This document shows positions 26,801 through 40,238 of a stretch of DNA of 64,000 nt, piece after piece. The translations under genes and the position numbers were made by a program. The stretch comes from the human T2T-CHM13v2.0 reference genome, Homo sapiens. A model generated the notes under the pieces. It did no database searches, had not been told where the DNA came from, and saw nothing but the letters and a program-made list of their open reading frames with translations. Within the stretch, counting starts at the first letter, position 1; each line of letters opens with the position of its first letter. The DNA lies in assembly GCF_009914755.1 (NCBI RefSeq), contig NC_060948.1, one strand, 5' to 3'.

Positions 26801-29800
26801 GGAATCGAATATAATGGAGTCGAATGAAATGGAATTGAAAAGAATGGGGTCGAATACAATGGAATATACTGGAATGTAATGTAATGAACTCGAATGTAAT
26901 TGACTGGAATGGAATGTACATGAATGGAATGTAATCGAATGGAAAGTAATCCAATGGAATAGAATCTAATGCAATAAAACCGACTCAGATAGAGTAGAAT
27001 GTAATGGAATGGAGTGCAGTGCAATGGAAGGGAATGGAATTGAATGCAATGGAATGGAATGGAATGGAATGGAATGGAATGGAATGGAATGGAATGGAAT
27101 GGGATGGAATGGTATGGAATGGATAGTAATGGACTGGAGTGAAATGGACTGGAAAGGAATGGACTCAAATTGAAAGGGCTCGAAAGGAATGGAGTCAAAT
27201 GGAATGGTCTGGAATGGAATGAACACGAAAGTAATGCAATCCAATAGAATGGAATCGAATGGCATGGAATATAAAGAAATGGAATCGAAGAGAATGGAAA
27301 CAAATGGAATGGAATTGAATGGAATGGAATTGAATGGAATGGGAACGAATGGAGTGAAATTGTATGCAGTAGAAGGGAATAGAATGTAATGCAAGCGAAA
27401 GGAAAGGAATGGATTGGAATGGAATGGAATTCATTGGAATGGAAGGGAATGTAGTGTAATGGACAGGCCTGGAATAAAGTGGAATGCTACGGTCTCGAAT
27501 GGAATAAAAATGTATGGAATGGAATGCAATGAAACGGAATCGAATGTCATAGAATGTAATGGAATGCAAAAAAATGGAATCCAAAATCATTGACTGGAAA
27601 GGCTGGGTGTCGAAAGGAATTGACTCCAATGGAATGGAATCGAATGGAATGGAAGTGAATAGAATCGAACTAAATCGAATGGAATGGAATTGATAGGAAC
27701 GGAATGGAAAGGAATGCAATGATTTGGCATGGAATGGAATCGAATGGCATCGAATGGAGTGGAATGGAATGCAATGGAATGGAATGTATTAGAATGTAAT
27801 GAACTTTAATGGAATGTACTCGAATGGATTCGACTGGAATGGAATGTTCTGGAAGTGAATGGACTCCAATGGAATGGATTCAAAAGGAATGGAATCGTAC
27901 GGAATGGAATCTAATGGAATGGAATTAAATGGAAATGAATCAAATTGAATAGCACGGAATTGAATTGAATGGAATCGAATGCAATGGAATCTAATGAAAC
28001 GGAAAGGAAAGGAATGGAATGGAATGGAATGGGCTGGAATGGAAAGGAATCGAAACGAATGGAATGGAATCGAACTGAAGAGACTGGAATGGAATGCACT
28101 GGAATGGAAGGGAGTGTAATGGAAGGTTCTCGAAAGAAATGGAATCGAATGGAATGGAATTGAATGGAACGGAATAGAGTCGAATGGAATTGAATGGAAT
28201 GGAATGGACTAGAGTGAAATGGAATCGAACCGCAAGGAATGGACAGGAATAGAATGGTCTCGAATTGAATGGAATCATATGGAATGGCATCAAACGGAAT
28301 GGAATGGACAGCCACGGAATGGAATGCACTCGAATGCAATGGAGTCGAAACTAATGGACTGGAATAGAATGGACTCGACTGGTACGGACTCCAATGGAAT
28401 GGAATCGAATGGAAGGGAATCGAACGGAATGGACTCGAAGGGAAAAGACTGCAATGGAAAGGTCTCGAATGGAATGGAAATTAATGGAATGGAATGGAAT
28501 CGAATGAAATGGAGTCAAAAGGAATGGAATCGAATGGCAAGAAATCGAATGTAATGGAATCGCAAGGAATTGATGTGAACGGAACGGAATGGAATGGAAT
28601 CCAAAGGAATGGAATAGAATGGAATGGAATCGAATGGAAAGGACTCGAATGGAAATCACTCGAATAGAATGCAATTTAATAAAATAGGATCAAATGTAAT
28701 GGAATGGAATGGAAAGGAATCGAATCGAAAGGAATGGAGACAGATGGAATGGAATGGAACAGAGAGCAATGGTATAGAATGGAATGGAATCATCTGGAAT
28801 GGAATTGAATGGAATGGAATAATATGAAATGGAATGGAATGGAATGGAATGGAATGCCCTTGAATTAAATGGACTGGAATGGAATGGACTCGAACAGAGT
28901 GGAATGGAAAGTGTTGAGATAGAATGGAATGGACTCCTTTGGAATGGTCTAGTATGCAATGCAATCGACTGGCAGGGAATCAAAAGGAATGTAATGGAAT
29001 GGATTGGAGTGGAATGCAATGGACAGGAATAGATTGGAAACGGAATGCAAAGGAATGGAATGGAATAGTATGGAATGGAATGGAAAGGAATGGAGTGGAA
29101 TAGACTAGAGTGGAATGCAATGGACTGGAAAGCAATGGACTGGAATGGAATTTTCTTGAATGGACTGGAATCAAACGGAATGGAATGCAATGCAATCAAA
29201 TGGCATGGAATAAAATAGAATGAAAGAGAATCAAATGGAATTGAATCGAATGGAATCGAATGGATTGGAAAGGAATAGAATGGAATGGAATGGAATTGAC
29301 TCAAATGGAATGGACTAGAATGGAATGGATTCGAATGGAAGGCAAAGGAATGGAATCTATTGGAATGGACTGTAATGGAATGGAATGGAAGGGATTGGAA
29401 TGGACTCGAATGGAATGGACTGCAATAGAAAGGATTCGAATGGAATGAAAAAGAATTGAATGGAATAGAACAGAATGGAATCAAATCGAATGAAATGGAA
29501 TGGAATAGAAAGGAATGGAATGAAATGGAATGGAAAGGATTCGAATGGAATGCAATCGAATGGAATGGAATCGAACGGAATGGAATAAAATGGAAGAAAA
29601 CTGGCAAGAAATGGAATCGAAATGAATGGAGTGTTATGGAACGGACTCAAAAGGAATTGAATGTAATAGAATGGAGTGGAGTGGACTCGAATATAATGGA
29701 CTGGAATGGAATGAAATCACATGGAATGGGAACGAATGGAATGGAATGGAAAGGAATGGAATCGAATGGAAAGGAATCGAATGGAAGGGAATGAAATTGA

Positions 29801-32800
29801 ATCAACAGGAATGGAAGGGAATAGAATAGACGGTAATGGAATGGACTCGAATAGAATGGACACGAATGCTCAAATTGAATGGACTCGAATGGAATGGAAA
29901 CGAAAGGAATGTCATCGAATGGAATTGAATCGATTGGAATGAAATCGCATAGAATGGAGTGGAATCAAATGGAATTGAATCGAAAGGAAAGGAAGCGAAT
30001 GGACTGAAATGAAATGGAATGGAATTGAATGGAAAGTAATGCAATGGAATAGAATGGAACGAAATTTCACGGAATGGAATCAAACTGAATGGAATCAAAT
30101 CAATGGAATCTAATCAAATGGAATGGAAAGGAATTGAATGGAGTAGATTGGATTGGATGGGATTGGAATGAAATGTACTGGAAAGGACTCGAATTTCATG
30201 AAACGGCATGGAATGAATTGGAACGGAATGGACTCGAATGGAATGGAATGTCATGGAATGGCATCAAATGGAATGGCATCAAATGGAATGGAATCGAATG
30301 CAATGGAATGCTATGGAATGGAATGGAATGCATTGGAATGGAATGTCCTCTAATGGAATGGATTCGAGTGGAATGGAATCGAATATAATGGAGTCGAATG
30401 AAATGGAATTGAAAGGAATGGGATCGAATACAATGGAATATACTGGAATGTAATGTAATGAACTCGAATGTAATTGACTGGAATGGAATGTACATGAATG
30501 GAATGTAATCGAATGGAAAGTAATCCAGTGGAATAGAATCTAATGCAATAAAATCGACTCAGATAGAGTAGAATGTAATGGATTGGAGTGCAGTGCAATG
30601 GAATGGAATGGAATGGAATGCAATTGAATGGAATGGAATGGAATGGAATGGAATGGAATGGGATGGAATGGTATGGAATGGATAGTAATGGACTGGAGTG
30701 AAATGGACTGGAAAGGAATGGACTCAAATTGAAAGGGCTCGAAAGGAATGGAGTCAAATGGAATGGTCTGGAATGGAATGAACACGAATGTAATGCAATC
30801 CAATAGAATGGAATCGAATGGCATGGAATATAAAGAAATGGAATCGGAGAGAATGGAAACAAATGGAGTGGAATTGAATGGAATGGAATTGAATGGACTG
30901 GGAACGAATGGAGTGAAATTGTATGCAGTAGAAGGGAATAGAATGGAATGCAAGCGAAAGGAAAGGAATGGATTGGAATGGAATGGAATTCATTGGAATG
31001 GAAGGGAATGTAGTGTAATGGACAGGCCTGGAATAAAGTGGAATGCTACGGTCTCGAATGGAATAAAAATGTATGGAATGGAATGCAATGAAATGGAATC
31101 GAATGTCATAGAATGTAATGGAATGCAACAAAATGGAATCCAAAATCATTGACTGGAAAGGGTGGGTGTCGAAAGGAATTGACTCCAATGGAATGGAATC
31201 GAATGGAATGGAAGTGAATAGAATCGAACTAAATCGAATGGAATGGAATTGATAGGAACGGAATGGAAAGGAATGCAATGATTTGGCATGGAATGGAATC
31301 GAATGGCATCGAACGGAATGGAATGGAATGCAATGGAATGGAATGTATTAGAATGTAATGAACTTTAATGGAATGTACTCGAATGGATTCGACTGGAATG
31401 GAATGTTCTGGAAGTGAATGGACTCCAATGGAATGGATTCAAAAGGAATGGAATCGTACGGAATGGAATCTAATGGAATGGAATTAAATGGAAATGAATC
31501 AAATTGAATAGCACGCAATTGAATTGAATGGAATGGAATGCAATGGAATCTAATGAAACGGCAAGGAAAGGAATGGAATGGAATGGAATGGGCTGGAATG
31601 GAAAGGAATCGAAACGAATGGAATGGAATCGAACTGAAGAGACTGGAATGGAATGCACTGGAATGGAAGGGAGTGTAATGGAAGGTTCTCGAAAAAAATG
31701 GAATCGAATGGAATGGAATTGAATGGAACGGAATAGAGTCGAATGGAATTGAATGGAATGGAATGGACTAGAGTGAAATGGAATCGAACCACAAGGAATG
31801 GACAGGAATAGAATGGTCTCGAATTGAATGGAATCGTATGGAATGGCATCAAACGGAATGGAATGGACAGCCACGGAATGGAATGCACTCGAATGCAATG
31901 GAGTCGAAACTAATGGACTGGAATAGAATGGACTCGACTGGTACGGACTCCAATGGAATGGAATCGAATGGAAGGGAATCGAACGGAATGGACTCGAAGG
32001 GAAAAGACTGCAATGGAAAGGTCTCGAATGGAATGGAAATTAATGGAATGGAATGGAATCGAATGAAATGGAGTCAAAAGGAATGGAATCGAATGGCAAG
32101 AAATCGAATGTAATGGAATCGCAAGGAATTGATGTGAACGGAACGGAATGGAATGGAATCCAAAGGAATGGAATAGAATGGAATGGAATCGAATGGAAAG
32201 GACTCGAATGGAAATCACTCGAATAGAATGCAATTTAATAAAATAGGATCAAATGTAATGGAATGAAATGGAAAGGAATCGAAACGAAAGGAATGGAGAC
32301 AGATGGAATGGAATGGAACAGAGAGCAATGGTATAGAATGGAATGGAATCATCTTGAATGGAATTGAATGGAATGGAATAATATGAAATGGAATGGAATG
32401 GAATGGAATGGAATGCCCTTGAATTAAATGGACTGGAATGGAATGGACTCGAACAGAGTGGAATGGAAAGTGTTGAGATAGAATGGAATGGACTCCTTTG
32501 GAATGGTGTAGTATGCAATGCAATCGACTGGCAGGGAATCAAAAGGAATGTAATCGAATGGATTGGACTGGAATGCAATGGACTCGAATAGATTGGAAAC
32601 GGAATGCAAAGGAATGGAATGGAATAGTATGGAATGGAATGGAAAGGAATGGAGTGGAATAGACTAGAGTGGAATGGAATGGACTGGAAAGCAATGGACT
32701 GGAATGGAACTTTCTTGAATGGACTGGAATCAAACGGAATGGAATGCAATACAATCAAATGGCATGGAATAAAATAGAATGAAAGAGAATCAAATGGAAT

Positions 32801-35800
32801 TGAATCGAATGGAATCGAATGGATTGGAAAGGAATAGAATGGAATGGAATGGAATTGACTCAAATGGAATGGACTAGAATGGAATGGATTCGAATGGAAG
32901 GCAAAGGAATGGAATCTATTGGAATGGACTGTAATGGAATGGAATGGAAGGGATTGGAATGGACTCGAATGGAATGGACTGCAATAGAAAGGATTCGAAT
33001 GGAATGAAAAAGAATTGAATGGAATAGAACAGAATGGAATCAAATCGAATGAAATGGAATGGAATAGAAAGGAATGGAATGAAATGGAATGGAAAGGATT
33101 CGAATGGAATGCAATCGAATGGAATGGAATCGAACGGAATGGAATAAAATGGAAGAAAACTGGCAAGAAATGGAATCGAAATGAATGGAGTGTTATGGAA
33201 CGGACTCAAAAGGAATTGAATGTAATAGAATGGAGTGGAGTGGACTCGAATATAATGGACTGGAATGGAATGAAATCACATGGAATGGGAACGAATGGAA
33301 TGGAATGGAAAGGAATGGAATCGAATGGAAAGGAATCGAATGGAAGGGAATGAAATTGAATCAACAGGAATGGAAGGGAATAGAATAGACGGTAATGGAA
33401 TGGACTCGAATAGAATGGACACGAATGCTCAAATTGAATGGACTCGAATGGAATGGAAACGAAAGGAATGTCATCGAATGGAATTGAATGGATTGGAATG
33501 AAATCGCATAGAATGGAGTGGAATCAAATGGAATTGAATCGAAAGGAAAGGAAGCGAATGGACTGAAATGAAATGGAATGGAATTGAATGGAAAGTAATG
33601 CAATGGAATAGAATGGAACGAAATTTCACGGAATGGAATCAAACTGAATGGAATCAAATCAATGGAATCTAATCAAATGGAATGGAAAGGAATTGAATGG
33701 AGTAGATTGGATTGGATGGGATTGGAATGAAATGTACTGGAAAGGACTCGAATTTCATGAAACGGAATGGAATGAATTGGAACGGAATGGACTCGAATGG
33801 AATGGAATGTCATGGAATGGCATCAAATGGAATGGCATCAAATGGAATGGAATCGAATGCAATGGAATGCTATGGAATGGAATGGAATGCATTGGAATGG
33901 AATGTCCTCTAATGGAATGGATTCGAGTGGAATGGAATCGAATATAATGGAGTCGAATGAAATGGAATTGAAAGGAATGGGATCGAATACAATGGAATAT
34001 ACTGGAATGTAATGTAATGAACTCGAATGTAATTGACTGGAATGGAATGTACATGAATGGAATGTAATCGAATGGAAAGTAATCCAATGGAATAGAATCT
34101 AATGCAATAAAACCGACTCAGATAGAGTAGAATGTAATGGAATGGAGTGCAGTACAATGGAAGGGAATGGAATTGAATGCAATGGAATGGAATGGAATGG
34201 AATGGAATGGAATGGAATGGAATGGAATGGGATGGAATGGTATGGAATGGATAGTAATGGACTGGAGTGAAATGGACTGGAAAGGAATGGACTCAAATTG
34301 AAAGGGCTCGAAAGGAATGGAGTCAAATGGAATGGTCTGGAATGGAATGAACACGAAAGTAATGCAATCCAATAGAATGGAATCGAATGGCATGGAATAT
34401 AAAGAAATGGAATCGAAGAGAATGGAAACAAATGGAATGGAATTGAATGGAATGGAATTGAATGGAATGGGAACGAATGGAGTGAAATTGTATGCAGTAG
34501 AAGGGAATAGAATGTAATGTAAGCGAAAGGAAAGGAATGGATTGGAATGGAATGGAATTCATTGGAATGGAAGGGAATGTAGTGTAATGGACAGGCCTGG
34601 AATAAAGTGGAATGCTACGGTCTCGAATGGAATAAAAATGTATGGAATGGAATGCAATGAAACGGAATCGAATGTCATAAAATGTAATGGAATGCAAAAA
34701 AATGGAATCCAAAATCATTGACTGGAAAGGCTGGGTGTCGAAAGGAATTGACTCCAATGGAATGGAATCGAATGGAATGGAACTGAATAGAATCGAACTA
34801 AATCGAATGGAATGGAATTGATAGGAACGGAATGGAAAGGAATGCAATGATTTGGCATGGAATGGAATCGAATGGCATCGAATGGAATGGAATGGAATGC
34901 AATGGAATGGAATGTATTAGAATGTAATGAACTTTAATGGAATGTACTCGAATGGATTCGTCTGGAATGGAATGTTCTGGAAGTGAATGGGCTCCAATGG
35001 AATGGAATCAAAAGGAATGGAATCGTACGGAATGGAATCTAATGTAATGGAATTAAATGGAAATGAATCAAATTGAATAGCACGGAATTGAATTGAATGG
35101 AATCGAATGCAATGGAATCTAATGAAACGGAAAGGAAAGGAATGGAATGGAATGGAATGGGCTGGAATGGAAAGGAATCGAAACGAATGGAATGGAATCG
35201 AACTGAAGAGACTGGAATGGAATGCACTGGAATGGAAGGGAGTGTAATGGAAGGTTCTCGAAAGAAATGGAATCGAATGGAATGGAATTGAATGGAACGG
35301 AATAGAGTCGAATGGAATTGAATGGAATGGAATGGACTAGAGTGAAATGGAATCGAACCACAAGGAATGGACAGGAATAGAATGGTCTCGAATTGAATGG
35401 AATCGTATGGAATGGCATCAAACGGAATGGAATGGACAGCCACGGAATGGAATGCACTCGAATGCAATGGAGTCGAAACTAATGGACTGGAATAGAATGG
35501 ACTCGACTGGTACGGACTCCAATGGAATGGAATCGAATGGAAGGGAATCGAACGGAATGGACTCGAAGGGAAAAGACTGCAATGGAAAGGTCTCGAATGG
35601 AATGGAAATTAATGGAATGGAATGGAATCGAATGAAATGGAGTCAAAAGGAATGGAATCGAATGGCAAGAAATCGAATGTAATGGAATCGCAAGGAATTG
35701 ATGTGAACGGAACGGAATGGAATGGAATCCAAAGGAATGGAATAGAATGGAATGGAATCGAATGGAAAGGACTAGAATGGAAATCACTCGAATAGAATGC

Positions 35801-36500
35801 AATTTAATAAAATAGGATCAAATGTAATGGAATGGAATGGAAAGGAATCGAAACGAAAGGAATGGAGACAGATGGAATGGAATGGAACAGAGAGCAATGG
35901 TATAGAATGGAATGGAATCATCTGGAATGGAATTGAATGGAATGGAATAATATGAAATGGAATGGAATGGAATGGAATGGAATGCCCTTGAATTAAATGG
36001 ACTGGAATGGAATGGACTCGAACAGAGTGGAATGGAAAGTGTTGAGATAGAATGGAATGGACTCCTTTGGAATGGTCTAGTATGCAATGCAATCGACTGG
36101 CAGGGAATCAAAAGGAATGTAATGGAATGGATTGGACTGGAATGCAATGGACAGGAATAGATTGGAAACGGAATGCAAAGGAATGGAATGGAATAGTATG
36201 GAATGGAATGGAAAGGAATGGAGTGGAATAGACTAGAGTGGAATGCAATGGACTGGAAAGCAATGGACTGGAATGGAACTTTCTTGAATGGACTGGAATC
36301 AAACGGAATGGAATGCAATGCAATCAAATGGCATGGAATAAAATAGAATGAAAGAGAATCAAATGGAATTGAATCGAATGGAATCGAATGGATTGGAAAG
36401 GAATAGAATGGAATGGAATGGAATTCACTCAAATGGAATGGACTAGAATGGAATGGATTCGAATGGAAGGCAAAGGAATGGAATCTATTGGAATGGACTG
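17900..36500 (+). repeat. Cryptic two-monomer (~7.13 kb) higher-order repeat, ~2.6 copies; boundaries approximate
   Basis: Variants present only in alternate monomers: GCAATACAAT (18481, 25613, 32746), ACACGAAAGT (20091, 27223, 34351), TTCTCGAAAGAAATGG (~21000, ~28130, ~35260) and GGACAGGAATAGATTGG (~21890, ~29021, ~36150). Monomer lengths alternate 3574/3558/3574/3559/3569. Confidence 0.8.
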
Positions 36501-36654
36501 TAATGGAATGGAATGGAATTGAATGGAATGGGAACGAATGGAGTGAAATTGTATGCAGTAGAAGGGAATAGAATGGAATGCAAGCAAAAGGAAAGGAATG
36601 GATTGGAATGGAATGGAATTCATTGGAATGGAAGGGAATGTAGTGTAATGGACA
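34594..36654 (+). repeat. Internally deleted monomer, 2061 bp (copy 1)
   Basis: At 36481-36540, TCTATTGGAATGGACTGTAATGGAATGGAATGGAA runs directly into TTGAATGGAATGGGAACGAATGGAGTGAAATTGTATGC. The sequence equivalent to 896-2413 of the first monomer is missing. Confidence 0.95.
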
Positions 36655-39600
36655 TGCCTGGAATAAAGTGGAATGCTACGGTCTCGAATGGAATAAAAAT
36701 GTATGGAATGGAATGCAATGAAATGGAATCGAATGTCATAGAATGTAATGGAATGCAACAAAATGGAATCCAATATCATTGACTGGAAAGGCTGGGTGTT
36801 GAAAGGAATTGACTCCAATGGAATGGAATCGAATGGAATGGAAGTGAATAGAATCGAACTAAATCGAATGGAATGGAATTGATAGGAACGGAATGGAAAG
36901 GAATGCAATGATTTGGCATGGAATGGAATCGAATGGCATCGAATGGAATGGAATGGAATGCAATGGAATGGAATGTATTAGAATGTAATGAACTTTAATG
37001 GAATGTACTCGAATGGATTCGACTGGAATGGAATGTTCTGGAAGTGAATGGACTCCAATGGAATGGATTCAAAAGGAATGGAATCGTACGGAATGGAATC
37101 TAATGGAATGGAATTAAATGGAAATGAATCAAATTGAATAGCACGGAATTGAATTGAATGGAATGGAATGCAATGGAATCTAATGAAACGGAAAGGAAAG
37201 GAATGGAATGGAATGGAATGGGCTGGAATGGAAAGGAATCGAAACGAATGGAATGGAATCGAACTGAAGAGACTGGAATGGAATGCACTGGAATGGAAGG
37301 GAGTGTAATGGAAGGTTCTCGAAAAAAATGGAATGGAATGGAATGGAATTGAATGGAACGGAATAGAGTCGAATGGAATTGAATGGAATGGAATGGACTA
37401 GAGTGAAATGGAATCGAACCACAAGGAATGGACAGGAATAGAATGGTCTCGAATTGAATGGAATCGTATGGAATGGCATCAAACGGAATGGAATGGACAG
37501 CCACGGAATGGAATGCACTCGAATGCAATGGAGTCGAAACTAATGGACTGGAATAGAATGGACTCGACTGGTACGGACTCCAATGGAATGGAATCGAATG
37601 GAAGGGAATCGAACGGAATGGACTCGAAGGGAAAAGACTGCAATGGAAAGGTCTCGAATGGAATGGAAATTAATGGAATGGAATGGAATCGAATGAAATG
37701 GAGTCAAAAGGAATGGAATCGAATGGCAAGAAATCGAATGTAATGGAATCGCAAGGAATTGATGTGAACGGAACGGAATGGAATGGAATCCAAAGGAATG
37801 GAATAGAATGGAATGGAATCGAATGGAAAGGACTCGAATGGCAATCACTCGAATAGAATGCAATTTAATAAAATAGGATCAAATGTAATGGAATGGAATG
37901 GAAAGGAATCGAAACGAAAGGAATGGAGACAGATGGAATGGAATGGAACAGAGAGCAATGGTATAGAATGGAATGGAATCATCTGGAATGGAATTGAATG
38001 GAATGGAATAATATGAAATGGAATGGAATGGAATGGAATGGAATGGAATGGAATGCCCTTGAATTAAATGGACTGGAATGGAATGGACTCGAACAGAGTG
38101 GAATGGAAAGTGTTGAGATAGAATGGAATGGACTCCTTTGGAATGGTCTAGTATGCAATGCAATCGACTGGCAGGGAATCAAAAGGAATGTAATCGAATG
38201 GATTGGACTGGAATGCAATGGACTCGAATAGATTGGAAACGGAATGCAAAGGAATGGAATGGAATAGTATGGAATGGAATGGAAAGGAATGGAGTGGAAT
38301 AGACTAGAGTGGAATGGAATGGACTGGAAAGCAATGGACTGGAATGGAACTTTCTTGAATGGACTGCAATCAAACGGAATGGAATGCAATGCAATCAAAT
38401 GGCATGGAATAAAATAGAATGAAAGAGAATCAAATGGAATTGAATCGAATGGAATCGAATGGATTGGAAAGGAATAGAATGGAATGGAGTGGAATGGACT
38501 CAAATGGAATGGACTAGAATGGAATGGATTCGAATGGAAGGCAAAGGAATGGAATCTATTGGAATGGACTGTAATTGAATGGAATGGAAGGGATTGGAAT
38601 GGACTCGAATAGAATGGACTGCAATAGAAAGGATTCGAATGGAATGAAAAAGAATTGAATGGAATAGAACAGAATGGAATCAAATCGAATGAAATGGAAT
38701 GGAATAGAAAGGAATGGAATGAAATGGAATGGAAAGGATTCGAATGGAATGCAATCGAATGGAATGGAATCGAACGGAATGGAATAAAATGGAAGAAAAC
38801 TGGCAAGAAATGGAATCGAAATGAATGGAGTGTTATGGAACGGACTCAAAAGGAATTGAATGTAATAGAATGGAGTGGAGTGGACTCGAATATAATGGAC
38901 TGGAATGGAATGAAATCACATGGAATGGGAACGAATGGAATGGAATGGAAAGGAATGGAATCGAATGGAAAGGAATCGAATGGAAGGGAATGAAATTGAA
39001 TCAACAGGAATGGAAGGGAATAGAATAGACGGTAATGGAATGGACTCGAATAGAATGGACACGAATGCTCAAATTGAATGGACTCGAATGGAATGGAAAC
39101 GAAAGGAATGTCATCGAATGGAATTGAATCGATTGGAATGAAATCGCATAGAATGGAGTGGAATCAAATGGAATTGAATCGAAAGGAAAGGAAGCGAATG
39201 GACTGAAATGAAATGGAATGGAATTGAATGGAAAGTAATGCAATGGAATAGAATGGAACGAAATTTCACGGAATGGAATCAAACTGAATGGAATCAAATC
39301 AATGGAATCTAATCAAATGGAATGGAAAGGAATTGAATGGAGTAGATTGGATTGGATGGGATTGGAATGAAATGTACTGGAAAGGACTCGAATTTCATGA
39401 AACGGAATGGAATGAATTGGAACGGAATGGACTCGAATGGAATGGAATGTCATGGAATGGCATCAAATGGAATGGCATCAAATGGAATGGAATCGAATGC
39501 AATGGAATGCTATGGAATGGAAAGGAATGCATTGGAATGGAATGTCCTCTAATGGAATGGATTCGAGTGGAATGGAATCGAATATAATGGAGTCGAATGA

Positions 39601-40238
39601 AATGGAATTGAAAGGAATGGGATCGAATACAATGGAATATACTGGAATGTAATGTAATGAACTCGAATGTAATTGACTGGAATGGAATGTACATGAATGG
39701 AAGGTAATCGAATGGAAAGTAATCCAATGGAATAGAATCTAATGCAATAAAACCGACTCAGATAGAGTAGAATGTAATGGAATGGAGTGCAGTGCAATGG
39801 AATGGAATGGAATTGAATGCAATGGAATGGAATGGAATGGAATGGAATGGAATGGAATGGAATGGAATGGAATGGGATGGAATGGTATGGAATGGATAGT
39901 AATGGACTGGAGTGAAATGGACTGGAAAGGAATGGACTCAAATTGAAAGGGCTCGAAAGGAATGGAGTCAAATGGAATGGTCTGGAATGGAATGAACACG
40001 AATGTAATGCAATCCAATAGAATGGAATCGAATGGCATGGAATATAAAGAAATGGATTCGAAGAGAATGGAAACAAATGGAATGGAATTGAATGGAATGG
40101 AATTGAATGGAATGGGAACGAATGGAGTGAAATTGTATGCAGTAGAAGGGAATAGAAAGGAATGCAAGCGAAAGGAAAGGAATGGATTGGAATGGAATGG
40201 AATTCATTGGAATGGAAGGGAATGTAGTGTAATGGACA

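Noticed and set aside
34594-36654. Possibility that the ~2.06 kb unit is DYZ2 (the shorter Yq12 repeat)
   Set aside because: DYZ2 is an AT-rich, Alu-fragment-containing HSat1B unit. This 2061 bp unit is fully colinear with the GGAAT monomer apart from one deletion.
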